Shown here one piece after another: positions 25,350 through 37,313 of a stretch of DNA of 64,000 nucleotides. Each line of letters starts with the position of its first letter. The stretch's first letter is position 1. The notes beneath the pieces were generated by a model, which was not told where the DNA came from, ran no database searches, and saw nothing but the letters and a program-made list of their open reading frames with translations. The position numbers and the translations under genes are program-made. The stretch comes from Octopus bimaculoides (lineage: Eukaryota). The stretch spans positions 3,273,890 through 3,337,889 of the forward strand of contig NC_068989.1 in NCBI RefSeq assembly GCF_001194135.2, written 5' to 3'.

Positions 25350-27615
25350 AAAGTCTCTGGAAAATTCCATTGCTCTTTATTAAGTATTCACTTAGATTTT
25401 AACAAATTTAGAAGCTTAAAATTTCTTATTTTGAGAAGTTTTTTTTTTGTTTTGTAATCCAACTTGAAAGATTCCTTCTGGTGTATCTCCAAAATGTGTG
25501 AAGAGAACCACCAAAACCAAAATGTTAAGTATTAACAAAGTACGTCACTGCATCAGTCTTATGCGTGATTCCATAACAGCAATGTGCAATCTGCAATGCA
25601 CGTTTTTTTTTGTTTTTTTTTTTGCTTTCATTTTACTTTATATATATACATATATATAACAGTCACAGCAGGCTGAGTTTTGGATTAAGGATGCCAAAAT
25701 TTTCAGCTGAAAGCATTCAGTGATTTTTGTGTAGTCTCCTATTGCTGGTGCTTTGCTGTGTGTCCATCCATGGCCCAAAATCCAGAGAAAAAGGTGTGGT
25801 GGGAACATAGTAAATTTGATGAGGGTTTTATTCATTTGTTTTCCTGTGAATGTGTGTTTAGCCTGTAGAGCGGAGGGACTTCCAAACAGCATCATGAGGA
25901 AGTCAATTGTGTCCTAACAACCACATGGCCAGTCGGGACTTTCTATTTACATACAGGATTGTGGTCATTTTGTAGTCTTTTTTTTTTGTTCTTGGTGTTT
26001 TGGCAATGTTCAGAAGAGCAGAATGTTTGTGTCATTTTATTTTTAAGAGGACAGATATGTAGGGTTATCTAGAATACTTTTTCTAGTTAATATTGCTGGC
26101 CTGTGAATCAGAGGTGGAATTCCACAGATCAAATTTTATATTTCCAAAGAAATTTCTCTCTCCACTAATTCTCAATAGTCCAGGCAGTCTGTTACAGTAA
26201 AATACACATCAACTAGGTCTTAGAATATTACTGACAACAACAGAATCAACAGCAGCAGAGAGAAGACAATCCCTAAAATGATTAAGTTAAGATTCTCTTA
26301 GCCTGTAGTGCAGTTTTAGGACTACGTTCTAACTGTGGGTGAAAATAAGTCTATAATACGATTGAGCCTCTCCATATTTTAGACAGGAACAAAGTTGTCT
26401 CTGTGACTGTTTAAGTCTATGATAACTAACTCAAGTGAACTCCAACCTGATACTTCCAATTGCAAAACACCATTACAAGATCTGCTAAACTGCACTTTGA
26501 ATACAGCCAAGCAATAAAAAGGTGGCGTTTGTTATCTATTTTTCAATGTTAAGACGAGTGAAAATATTTTCAAATAGTTGCATGTTGTTGGAGCAATTTT
26601 CTTGAGTTAGCAGGTAAGCCTTTTCGTTACCGTTAATCTAATCAATCTTTAAGTAAGAGAAAGACCCATTGTTTAATTAGCTGAACAGAGAGAGTTATGA
26701 CTCAATGGCTAAAGTAAGATTTTGAAGTTTGAAAACATGCTTGTTGGCCATCTAGTATTTAAACAATAATATAATACCATCCAGTATGTCCCATTGCCAT
26801 AGCAGAGCATATAAAGGAGTGGTGGTGGTGGGGGGGGGTCTTTCTGCTCACAGTAAATTCACAGCAGCCTGGAGTTGTGTGGGGAGTAACAAGAGTGAGT
26901 GACTCATATGTTGGTAAGGGACAGCATTGATCGTTTTGATCGACAAACAATACATGAGTGAGTTAGAGAGAGAGAGAGAGAGAGAGAGCCGGATGGACAA
27001 AGCCTCTCTGTATCTTATTTTAGTTTGGCATGAGCTTGTATCATCAAAGACATCACCAGAGAATTTGTCAAGAAGAAAAGTAAAAATAAATTAAAAAGAA
27101 GAAGAAAAGAAGGAAGTTGTTTAACAACTCCTGTCTGACTGTAAAAAGCAAATAGAATAGACAACAGCCAACTATCGGACATTCAATTGTCCGATAACAA
27201 TGTCAGACTATTTTTCAACTACCGGACATGTTTTATCCATTGTCCGATAAATAATTAAGTCAAAACTATTATGACTAGAGTAGTAGTAGTAGTAGTAGTA
27301 ACAGGAATAATAGTAGTAGTAGTAGCAGCACTATATACAAGCTGAAAGGACAATTGCTGTAGCTGATGTAGTTTTGTCCTTCATTTCTGATCCACAAACA
27401 CAGGTTGTGTGTGAGATGTGTAAGGTGAGGGAAGAAGTCCCTTCAGTTTTGCCCTTCGTGTTTCACTTTCAGTCTTTTGCTCTTTTTTTTCCACTCAAGT
27501 TTTTATCTTCTTAAAAAAAAAAAATCTGGTCTCCAGAATTAGCCAAAATTTTGCTCTGTTCCTTTTAAAAGTTTTCAGTCTGTCACACACACACATGCAC
27601 GCACGCACAAAACTG
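25350..27615 (-). other. Putative 3' UTR (about 2.3 kb) of the NOSTRIN-like gene
   Basis: Lies between the stop codon and the poly(A) signal and lacks the SINEs that are otherwise present roughly every kb. Confidence 0.5.
25376..25381 (-). terminator. Candidate poly(A) signal AATAAA of the NOSTRIN-like gene
   Basis: Minus-strand AATAAA followed about 35-60 nt later by GU-rich ttttgtctgtgttgttgttgttggg. It marks the far end of a SINE-free block downstream of the stop codon. Confidence 0.55.
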
Positions 27616-27719
27616 TTAAATCTCCTCCACATAGTTTGCAGGGAATATCCCCACTTTACCATGTAACTCTCCTTGCCACCAGCCATCAGGTTGACGAGTG
27701 TAAACATTGATTATGTCAC
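27616..27719 (-). CDS. NOSTRIN: NOSTRIN-like last exon, SH3 C-terminal half: (G)[33 protein letters not shown]
   Basis: Acceptor ttttcag, phase 1. Has the SH3 WW and GxFPxNYV motifs and a TAA stop. Confidence 0.92.
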
Positions 27720-29811
27720 CTGAAAATGTAAAAACAAAAAAAACAAAAAAAAAAATTTTAAGGGTCAATTCTTTGCTTGTGAATAAGTTTTCTAAAAGCA
27801 ACAAATTAAGTTGAATCAACCATCTCAGTTTGGATCCTGATCTTGTTTAATCTAATCAATATAACGGCTTTTATTCTTTAACATCAGGTCAGTTCTAAAT
27901 GAACAAACATCTGATTAAAGGCATTCCAGTAGTGACCATCCTGCCCAATTTCTCAAAACTACATTTTATGCAGCGAGTTAAAAGGAAATTTGGCTGTTAT
28001 TTCTAGCAGGTTGAGCAAACTACATTGATACTACTACCTTGGCCCAAATAAAACAGTTTATATATGTGGTGGCAGAATTTCAATTGACACCATTTCATGT
28101 CATTTTTATGACAGCAATGTCCACTGACCAAGGCCTTTGTTTCTTAGGCATTAGGAAGTGCATCCAGCTATAGAAACATTGCCAGATCAGATTGGAGCCT
28201 GGTGCAGCTGCTAGCTCTCCACACCTCAGTCAAACCGTCCAACCCATGCCAGCATGGAAAACGGACGTTAAACGATGATGATGATGATGATGATGATACG
28301 GATATGTTCACTGAAAATGTAACAAAGACACAGTTCTTAGTATGTTTAATAACTATTTTCAAGAATTAGTTAATTTTATTCCGAAAAGCAATGGTCAATA
28401 AAACACACCATTCCTCTTTGTTGTGCCCACTGAAATGCCATCTTGCATCTTCTGGGAGTGCAGCACTTCAAACCAGGAACCACAGTCTGAGACTGTTATG
28501 GAATATATTCATTCTACCCACGTCGTATAGACTGCATGTAAGGAACATGATGGAAGGGAGATAATTCAGTATGTGAGACAGATAAGGAGAGCACCAACGG
28601 TGGATCAATCAGTTGGAGAGAAGCTCTTTAGCAATAAAGCGCAACTGTCAACCCCTTGGGGCGGGCGGGAGAGAAAAATATTTAATTTTTCAAATTCATA
28701 ACTATGTAGTTTATAATAAATTTTTTTGTTTTGGGCTTTTTCTGTGAATTCTAAGAGACCTTGTCAATTTTTGAAGTTGTTTGCAGGAGAGTGGTCCCCC
28801 ACACCTGTTCTATGTGGAAGCTTAATCTGCCAAAAAATAGCAGCCAAATCTCAAGAAGGCTGAAAAATCCACATATATAAATAGTATGGTCATGGCTAGA
28901 ACGCTTTTGATTGCATATCAGTTTGTTCAGGGTTTAAACAACAGCCTATTCTACTTCTCTCTATTTCTACCTAGTGGAAGCGCATGGACAAGTGGTTAGA
29001 GTGTTGGACCCAGGGTTGTAAGATGCATTGAGCTCTTGAGCAAAACTCTTCATTTTATGTTGCTTCAGTCTTCTCAGTTGGTAACCTAGCGTAATAGGGG
29101 ACAAAAGGCATAGACTGCAGTTTGTGTTTATCATAGGTTTTCCTACATTCGGTCTGTGAAGCACACACACAGTAATACTGCTAAACACAGCAGTAACCAG
29201 ACCAAGACCACTTTCCTGGAAATAGGATTAGATGGCAGCAATACTCTATACATTGCATATATATAATTTTAAAATGAGCTAAGAAAAATAACTCAGTCAT
29301 CATCATTGTCATTTAAGGTCCGCTTTCCATGCTGGCATGGGTTGGACAAAGTGGCTAGTGGAGTGTAATCTTAAGAATTGAAGATTCTCCCAAGTTGATA
29401 GGCCATTAAGGAAAAGGACAGGCTTCAAAACCCATTCACACACACACATAAAGGCAGAATCACCATTGGCTGGAATACCTTTGATTACAATTTGTTAAAG
29501 CTGTCTTGAGATTAAGCCAGAACAGAAATAGAAGAGATTAGCGAATAGAAGCAGTCAATGACAGCATAAACTACAGCTTTGGTATCAGGACGGATTAACG
29601 AGAAACAGTAGTGGATATTGAAGTTATTAATACTCTTTATTATGTGGTAGCAACTTAACTATAATAATAACAGCAGTAATAATAATAATAATAGTAGAAG
29701 GAACTGAAATGTTGTTAGTCAACGGAACAGAGAAATGAGATTTTTTTTTTTTAAACTAAAAAGTGTCTTATTTACATTTGACGGATATTTGTCCTCATCT
29801 TGTTTGTTGTT

Positions 29812-29857
29812 AACACAATGTTTCACCTGATATACCCTCCAGCCTTCATCAGGTGTC
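29812..29857 (-). ncRNA. Decayed minimal hammerhead (left arm)
   Basis: GACAC-CTGATGA-A-GGCTG..CAGGT-GAAA-CAT-T-GTGTT. The core is intact, while helix II and the ACGT palindrome are mutated. Confidence 0.65.
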
Positions 29858-30110
29858 TTGGAGAAATTTCGAACCTGGTTTCTCATTCCTAAGGTATTTT
29901 TCTATTATTATTATTATTATTAAGGTCACTGCCCGGAATTGAACTCAGAATCTTGGGGTTAGTAGCCCGCGCTCTTAACCACTATGCCATATGCCCATGG
30001 ACTACTAACCCAAGATTCCGAGTTCAATTCCAGGCAGTGACCTGAATAATAATAATGATAACATCAAAAAATACCTTAGGAATGAGAACCCAGGTTCGAA
30101 ATTTCTCCAA

Positions 30111-30156
30111 GACACCTGATAAAGGCTGGAGGGTGTATCAGCCAAAATGTTGTGTT
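30111..30156 (+). ncRNA. Decayed minimal hammerhead (right arm)
   Basis: GACAC-CTGATAA-A-GGCTG..CAGCC-AAAA-TGT-T-GTGTT. Helix II is intact, with core G8A and G12A. Confidence 0.6.
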
Positions 30157-30241
30157 ATCAACAAACAAGAGGAGGACAAATAACCGTCAAATGTAAATAA
30201 TTCCTCATCTCTTAAATACAGAATGGTAAAAAGTGTCTTAC

Positions 30242-30364
30242 CTAGTTTGATGTCAAGCTCATCATCAGCGTTCGCTGAGTAATCATACATTACTCGGCAT
30301 TGTCCAGTACTGCCAACACTACCTGGATACTCATAATTATTGTCAAACTCGTCATCAGAAAATT
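30242..30364 (-). CDS. NOSTRIN: NOSTRIN-like exon, acidic linker plus SH3 N-terminal half: (E)FSDDEFDNNYEYPGSVGSTGQCRVMYDYSANADDELDIKL(G)
   Basis: ttccag acceptor and GTAAGA donor, phase 1-1, 123 nt. Contains the ALYDY-like motif VMYDY and DELD. Confidence 0.92.
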
Positions 30365-30578
30365 CTGGAAAAACGTAAAGAAACATAGTCAAATATCTGT
30401 ACATTTATATATATATATATATGAGAGAGAGAGGTGGGGTAGATATAATGAGTCTGTGTACCACCATAATTACTGTTTAACGTCTGTTTTCCATGTTGGC
30501 AAGCTGGAGGGCTGTACTAAATAGCAGTCTAATCTGGCTTGGTTTTTATGGCTGGATGCCCTTCTTAAAGGCAACCAC

Positions 30579-30610
<32 letters not shown>

Positions 30611-30984
30611 CTGTCTTTTGTTTCAGTCAACACTAAGACACACTGACAGTGTAAACATACATACATCAATATGACAGGCCTCTTTTGGTTTCTGTCTGCC
30701 AAATCCACACACAAAACTTTAGCCAATGCAGGGCTTATATGAGAAGATACTTGCCCAAGGTGCTATGCAGTGGGACTGAACCCGGAAATAAAACAAGTAG
30801 ATCATGAAAGAGAGGGAGTGTGTCACCAGCCATCTGCCCTACTACTCTACCAACCGTTTTATTCCTGAATGACACAAGTGGTCTTTGACAAGATAAACAG
30901 CACACACATATAACAAAGACTAAGTTGAAGATGCATTTAATCATTTAGTATTACAGTTTCTATAAAGAATAGAATTTCATTTAT

Positions 30985-31235
30985 GGGTACCCATGCAGGT
31001 GGCACGTAAAAAGCACCATTCGAGCGTGGCTGTTGCCAGTACCACCTGACTGGCCCTTGCGCCAGTGGCACATAAAAAGCACCCACTACATTCTCGGAGT
31101 GGTTGGCATTAGGAAGGGCATCCAGCTGTAGAAACTTTGCCAGATCAGATTGGAGCCTGGTGCAGCCTTCTGGCTTGCCAGCCCTCAGTCAACCCATACC
31201 AGCAGGGAAAGTGGATGTTAAACGACAATGATGAT
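30985..31235 (+). mobile_element. Family C (RTE 3'-end) copy
   Basis: ggtggcacgtaaaaagcacc...gcatccagctgtagaaac...gttaaacgacaatgatgatg. Confidence 0.8.
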
Positions 31236-31823
31236 GATTGTGTGTGTGTGTGTGTGTGTGCGCTTGATAAATTAATGGGAAGGCAGCAGGAGCAGTGCTC
31301 TTTGTAGCTCGTCCCTCACTTGTGCAATTGATGTAGTTTAGTGTTTCTGAACCATTTTTATCCACAGACTTCTTTGATTCCCATTCTACATGGATGGACC
31401 CCCAGAGCCATTCGGGGTTTAAAAAAATCCAAATAGATTTTTATAATTAAATCTCATTAGGGACTGTATAAAAATTGTTAAAATATTTTGTGTATTTGTA
31501 GGACTAAAACCAATTCATTGCACATGAATTTTAACAAAATCTTATGTGGGCCCCCAAAAATATATGGAACCTAGATGACAACCACTGATGTAGATGATGT
31601 CAAATATGAAGGAAAAACATGAAATGATGTGTAAAACGAGGAGGTCTGGCATAAATATTGGCAGCAGAGTGGACTGTGTTTATTTCATGTAAGGACCAGA
31701 TGGTGGTGAAAGTGGAGATGAGGGCAGACAGAATGTTAGACCTGGTCTCTGTGTTTCTAATGTGAGAGAGTTGTGCAGTTCACAAGGAAGAAAAACAATG
31801 AGAAAAAAAGCTTGACTAAAAAC

Positions 31824-31962
31824 CTTCTTGGTCGAAATCATCAAACGGTGAAACAGGAGGAGAATGCTCAACACTGCCCGTGCTGTTAGAAGTGGCTATG
31901 TATGAGGTGCCACCTTCTAATGCTACGTTAAGAGGAAGTCGAAGTGTTGATGTTGGAATGCC
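31824..31962 (-). CDS. NOSTRIN: NOSTRIN-like linker exon: GIPTSTLRLPLNVALEGGTSYIATSNSTGSVEHSPPVSPFDDFDQE
   Basis: Strong ttatttttag acceptor, phase 0. The frame forces a phase-1 donor at or before 31823 (AG|GTTTTT). An alternative phase-1 donor follows ...ALE. Confidence 0.75.
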
Positions 31963-32034
31963 CTAAAAATAAAGAAACAATTTGCATTAAGAAAACTTTA
32001 TCTCTCTCTCTTATATATATATATATATTATAAT

Positions 32035-32440
32035 CCTCATTTAATGTCCTCTTTCCATGCTGGCATGGGTTGGACGGTTTGACAGGATCCAGTGAGTCGC
32101 AGGACTGCATCAAATTCCAATGTCAGTATGGAAAATGGATGTTAAAAGATTATATAGCGTGGCTGATACCAGTGCCGCCTGACTGGCACCTGTGCTGATG
32201 GCATGTAAAAAGCTCCATCCGAGCATGGTTGATGCCAGTGCCACTGGACAGGCTCCCGTGCTGGTGGCATGTAAAATGCACCCACTACACTCTTGGAGTG
32301 GATGGCGTTAGGAAGGTCATCCAGCTGTAGAAACTCTGCCAGATCAGATTGGAGCCTGGTGCAGCCTCCCGACTTGCCAGCCCTCAGTCAAACCATCCAA
32401 CCCATGCCAGCATGGAAAACGGACGTTAAATGATGATGAT
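32035..32440. mobile_element. Two oppositely oriented family C copies
   Basis: 32038-32083 is complementary to 32387-32432. Confidence 0.8.
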
Positions 32441-32961
32441 ACATGTGTGCATACACATATAATACAGAGAGAGAAACTGGTAATGAGCGTATTGCTAATA
32501 TACTCGATTCATGATGCTGGAAAAAATAAGTAAATGATGCTTCAATAAGAAAACTACAATATAAGAAAACGTAAAACTTATTTTGGTGTATTCTGGGAAG
32601 GTCATTATGCCAACAATAAACATGCACTGGTTCTATTTCACTTCCTTGTTTTTATTAACCATTTAATTAATTGTTTGTTTGATTAATCATTCAGTCAATC
32701 AATTGATCAGTTAGAGATACAACAAAATGTTTCAAAACACAAATTCATATCAGGATGGAAGACGGATGTTAAATGATGATGAAATTCACATCAAGAATCT
32801 TGCAAACCCAAAACCCACCGAAATAAGAGGCAGAACATTAGATATTCACTCCCCCAACCCACAAACAGCCACTTCATGTAAATCTAATTTTTTTTTTTTT
32901 TAATCTCTAATGATTTTATTTATGGTTTTTTGACAGTAACGAGAGGGTTAATTAGCCATAC

Positions 32962-33090
32962 CTGTTTGTCCTTTAAGGTCTCTATATATTGAACAAACCG
33001 ATGATTTGGTTTGCTCTGACCATTTATCACAGATAATGCAGTGTTTATCTTCAAGTGGCTGGCTTCAAGGAAGTTCAGTGTAAATGTTAC
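32962..33090 (-). CDS. NOSTRIN: NOSTRIN-like exon, HR1-like C-terminal helix: VTFTLNFLEASHLKINTALSVINGQSKPNHRFVQYIETLKDKQ
   Basis: ttacag acceptor and GTATGG donor, 129 nt, phase 0-0, open frame continuous with neighbours. Confidence 0.85.
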
Positions 33091-33371
33091 CTGTAACACA
33101 GAGAAGACACCTGGTCACTTAGACATATAATACTCGAGTGTGTTAGATCAGAGAGAGAGAGAAAGAGAGTGGCGGCAGATATGGGTTAACAGTGTACAGA
33201 GCTCCATAAAAACTTTCAACCTATTGAAAAAGGCTTTATGTGGACACAACAACAAACATTTCAAAATCAATTTTCTTTACAAAAGAAGGGGACAGCATGC
33301 AGGGTCCATGGAATTTTAATCACACTCATAAGCATTTCCTTTTTGAGTTAATACCATTCAACTGGATGCTC

Positions 33372-33432
<61 letters not shown>

Positions 33433-34373
33433 CATGTATGCGTATAATATTTTTGAAGAAATCTATGTGATTGCATGATTATCTCCAGAACAGGCACATA
33501 AATCTTAGCTCAAATTAAAATTTACCATCTATAAAAAAAAAAAGAGGAGAGGAGGACATATAGATAAATAAAATGTCTTTGATTACAGTTATGCTTTACC
33601 AGGGCTCACCTGGCAGCAAACAAGCACTGAGTGTACCATTCCTGTGAGAGGATTTGTTGGAAGCAAGATTCACAAAAGACGTTGCCAGAAAATTGCCAGA
33701 AGCCAGTGGAAAAGTAAACCATCTAGCTCAAGAGAAAGGACGAGTGGTGCAGCAAGATTGAGTATTGCGGATGACAGAAACATCTGGCCCAGAGTTACAA
33801 AATCTGACTCGAAACTTGTGCAGGAGCTTTGTTATCCACATCAGTGAGTGACAGCTCTGTGCAGTTCTAATGCTGTGGCGGAAAGGATTGAAATACTTAC
33901 AGAGCTGCTTGGCCACCTGATGAAACACCAACCCTTGCATTCAGAGATGGGGTACAGCAGTACTCTCAACACACAAGTGCTTACCCTAAATGTAAGCTAC
34001 TGAGCAACACTGCAGGTGCTATATAAGAAGCACCTGTACAGGTGCCAGGTAAACAGCATCAGTGCTGGTGTCACATAAGAAACACCTGTACTGGTGCCAC
34101 ATAAAAAGTGCCCAGTACACTCTGTAAAGTGGTTGACATTAGGAAAGGCATCCAGCTGTAGAAACCAGGCCAAAACAGACAATAGAACCTGGTGCAACTC
34201 CTGGTCTTACCAGCTACTGACAAACTGTACAACCCATGCCAGCATGGAAAATGGATATTAAATGGTGATGATGATGATGTTATACAACATTTAAATGTGA
34301 ATCTTTTTGTGAAAACGAAAAAAAACAACAAAATTGAGAATCTCAGGAAAGAAAGCATTGAAAGCCACCAGAC

Positions 34374-34462
34374 CTGCATCAAACGATTCTTTGCTTCGTC
34401 TTGTGCATCAGCATCTGCAAAATTTGGTCGGTCTTTATACACTTGCAATAGTTTCTCCACCC
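34374..34462 (-). CDS. NOSTRIN: NOSTRIN-like exon, HR1-like: (G)VEKLLQVYKDRPNFADADAQDEAKNRLMQ
   Basis: attgcag acceptor, phase 1 to 0, weak GTCTGG donor. Fits the GxEKLxxxYxxxPxF pattern of F-BAR/HR1 proteins. Confidence 0.88.
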
Positions 34463-34734
34463 CTGCAATAAATAGAGAGAACAGTTTATTTTGTGAAATA
34501 TAAGGCTAAGTCTTGCTGAACGACAATATTTTAGTAGGACATTGATTTGAGTCCACTTATATAACTGGTATTTATTTCAGCAATCCTGAATCAATATTAA
34601 AAGGACAAAACTAAACAATGTCAGATAATTTAAGTCTGTTGCTCAACTAATTCTGCCAACTCATAACAAACCTCGCATACTCTCGGGCACGGAGACTCCT
34701 ACGTTGGGGCCTCTATGCAGTAAGTCAACCTGTT

Positions 34735-34960
34735 AGAAATAGCGGAGGTATTCAGTTGTGTTTGTGGACAAGAAGATATCTCAAGAACTGTTGGATGGAT
34801 TCGGATAAAACTTTCAGGGATGTTTGACCTCATGACTGGCACAAATTGATTAGATTTTGGGATCAATATGGCACAGGACAAAGATTCTGGATTATTTTTC
34901 CTTTTTTTTTTTTTTACTTAACCTTTGAGAGCGGTTGGATTCATTTTTAGTATTTTCGTT
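34735..34960 (+). mobile_element. Unclassified interspersed repeat (possibly Helentron/HINE-like)
   Basis: gatatctcaagaactgttggatggattcggataaaactttcaggg..gattagattttggga resembles non-autonomous Helentron-type elements. This is recognition only. Confidence 0.3.
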
Positions 34961-35069
34961 TGTGAGAGCAGTCGAGTTTATTTCAGATATTCTCATTTTA
35001 AAAATCATCTCTGGCTAACCATTGAGAGGATGTTGGTGTTGCCTTGGCAGAGTTTTGTGCTCTTGTTAT

Positions 35070-35750
35070 NNNNNNNNNNNNNNNNNNNNNNNNNNNNNNN
35101 NNNNNNNNNNNNNNNNNNNNNNNNNNNNNNNNNNNNNNNNNNNNNNNNNNNNNNNNNNNNNNNNNNNNNNNNNNNNNNNNNNNNNNNNNNNNNNNNNNNN
35201 NNNNNNNNNNNNNNNNNNNNNNNNNNNNNNNNNNNNNNNNNNNNNNNNNNNNNNNNNNNNNNNNNNNNNNNNNNNNNNNNNNNNNNNNNNNNNNNNNNNN
35301 NNNNNNNNNNNNNNNNNNNNNNNNNNNNNNNNNNNNNNNNNNNNNNNNNNNNNNNNNNNNNNNNNNNNNNNNNNNNNNNNNNNNNNNNNNNNNNNNNNNN
35401 NNNNNNNNNNNNNNNNNNNNNNNNNNNNNNNNNNNNNNNNNNNNNNNNNNNNNNNNNNNNNNNNNNNNNNNNNNNNNNNNNNNNNNNNNNNNNNNNNNNN
35501 NNNNNNNNNNNNNNNNNNNNNNNNNNNNNNNNNNNNNNNNNNNNNNNNNNNNNNNNNNNNNNNNNNNNNNNNNNNNNNNNNNNNNNNNNNNNNNNNNNNN
35601 NNNNNNNNNNNNNNNNNNNNNNNNNNNNNNNNNNNNNNNNNNNNNNNNNNNNNNNNNNNNNNNNNNNNNNNNNNNNNNNNNNNNNNNNNNNNNNNNNNNN
35701 NNNNNNNNNNNNNNNNNNNNNNNNNNNNNNNNNNNNNNNNNNNNNNNNNN
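35070..35750. other. Assembly gap (681 N), likely hiding missing NOSTRIN-like exon(s)
   Basis: N run. The flanking exons have incompatible phases (0 then 1). Other gaps: 9629-9638, 12465-12872, about 15935-16064, about 16565-16911, 19229-19238, 46010-46058, 50755-51391, 53053-53898. Confidence 0.9.
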
Positions 35751-35813
<63 letters not shown>

Positions 35814-35939
35814 GGATAGAATAATTTTGAAGAAGGGAGAAAACAATACAAATAGGTAGAGTCTAATATTTGGATTCACTAAGTGGATTATCCTTTTGTT
35901 AACACCTGTAATCACAGCAAACAAAATATCAAGGTGGAA

Positions 35940-36300
35940 TAGGTATGGTTGAGTGGCTAAGATGCTCTCTTTGTAACTACATGGTTTCAGGTTCAGTCCC
36001 ACTGCACAGCCCTTTCAGACAAAGTGTCTTCTACAATAGCACATGGTTGGCCAATGCCACGAGTGGAATTGGTAGATGGAAACTATGTGGAAGCCTGTCA
36101 TATAGAAACGGGAGTGTCTTTGCATTGCATTTGTTCACTACCCCAGCTATTGATAGACAACCGATGTTGGTTTCTTTATGTCCCAGTAACTGAGCAGTTC
36201 AACAAAGGAGACTAATGGAATATGGACCAGACTTAATACTAGGATCAATTTATTTGAGGCGGTGCCCCAGAATGACCACGGTGCAATGACTGAAACATAT
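35940..36300 (+). mobile_element. SINE family A, diverged
   Basis: ggtatggttgagtggctaag..ggttcagtcccactgc..aagtgtcttctac..gaccacggtgcaatgactgaaac. Confidence 0.75.
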
Positions 36301-36379
36301 AACAGATAAAAGACATGAACAGCACTAAATGATGCAGTCATACAGATTGGTCAGTGAGATAGCATTGAGAGCATGGCTT

Positions 36380-36565
36380 GATCTGCAAGAAATAGAAGCC
36401 ACATCTGACTGAAATTACATTATACTGTCTTAAAAAAAGGAAGGACACATTGGATAATATAGTCTAAGATACGTTATGCTTGAAAAAAGACAGCACAATC
36501 ATATTTAGAATGTCACTGATCATAGTTCAATCCAGGTTTACCTGGATTGAAACAACAATTCCAAT
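36380..36565 (+). mobile_element. Family F interspersed repeat (label mine)
   Basis: ctgc.agaaatag.agcca.atct..aaattac...aaacaacaa. Related copies at about 21722-22080, 28835-28945, 54610-54800, 60010-60140 and reversed 14545-14620. Confidence 0.6.
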
Positions 36566-36572
36566 TTCTTTA

Positions 36573-36795
36573 TTGCCCACAGTGGGGGGCTAAACATAGA
36601 GGGGACAAACAAGGACAGACAAAGGGATTAAGTCGATTACATCAACCCCAGTGTATAACTGGTACTTATTTAATCAACCCCTCAGGATGAAAGGCAGACT
36701 CGACCTCAGTGGAATTTGAACTCAGAACGTAATGGCAGACGAAACCTGCTAAGCATTTTGCCTGGTGTGCTAACGATTCTGCCAGCAGGCCACCC
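36573..36795 (-). mobile_element. SINE family B
   Basis: Reverse complement of the 58823-59045 unit. Confidence 0.85.
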
Positions 36796-36894
36796 TAAAT
36801 CCAGGGTTGCTGCTTCTCTAAGAGCACCCTTCTCTCTGAACATGCAGTAATATGCAAACTAGAGAAGCTGGGGAGAAGTAGATCAGTAATTGAT

Positions 36895-37224
36895 ATTCTT
36901 TTACTTGTTTCAGTCATTTGACTGTGGCCATGCTGGAGCACCACCTTTAGTTGAACAAATCGACCCCAGGACTTATTCTATCAGTCTCTTATGCCAAGCC
37001 GCTAAGTTACGGGGACGTAAACACACCAACATCGGTTGTCAAGCGATGGTGGAGGGAACAAACACAAACATATATATATATACATATATGACGGGCTTCT
37101 TTCAGTTTCCGTCTACCAAATCCGCTCACAAGGCTTTGGTTGGCCCGAGGCTATAGTAGAAGACACTGGCCCAAAGTGCCATGCAGTGGGATTGAACCTG
37201 GAACCATGTGGCTGGGAAGCAAGC
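36895..37224 (-). mobile_element. SINE family A
   Basis: attcttttacttgtttcagtcatttgactgtggccatgctggagcacc...gaaccatgtggctgggaagcaagc. Confidence 0.9.
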
Positions 37225-37265
37225 TAAGGCTTTGTTAGACATCTGTAATACTATCTTAATTACTG

Positions 37266-37313
<48 letters not shown>

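Larger units (their letters stand above)
29771..30226. mobile_element. Head-to-head inverted dimer of a tRNA-derived SINE carrying a hammerhead motif, with 14-bp TSD
   Basis: Arms about 29768-29967 and 29999-30200 are reverse complements. taaaaagtgtctta is duplicated at 29757-29770 and 30227-30240. tRNA-like head tggcatagtggttaagagcgcgggctactaacccc..gagttcaattcc. Confidence 0.85.

Noticed and set aside
33917-33923. CTGATGA (also at about 45853 and 51912)
   Set aside because: No downstream GAAA with paired helices.
36344-36382. 39-nt AG/GT-bounded minus-strand segment (IKPCSQCYLTDQS) as the missing exon
   Set aside because: It overlaps a family F repeat edge, is phase 0-0, and has no F-BAR/HR1 character.
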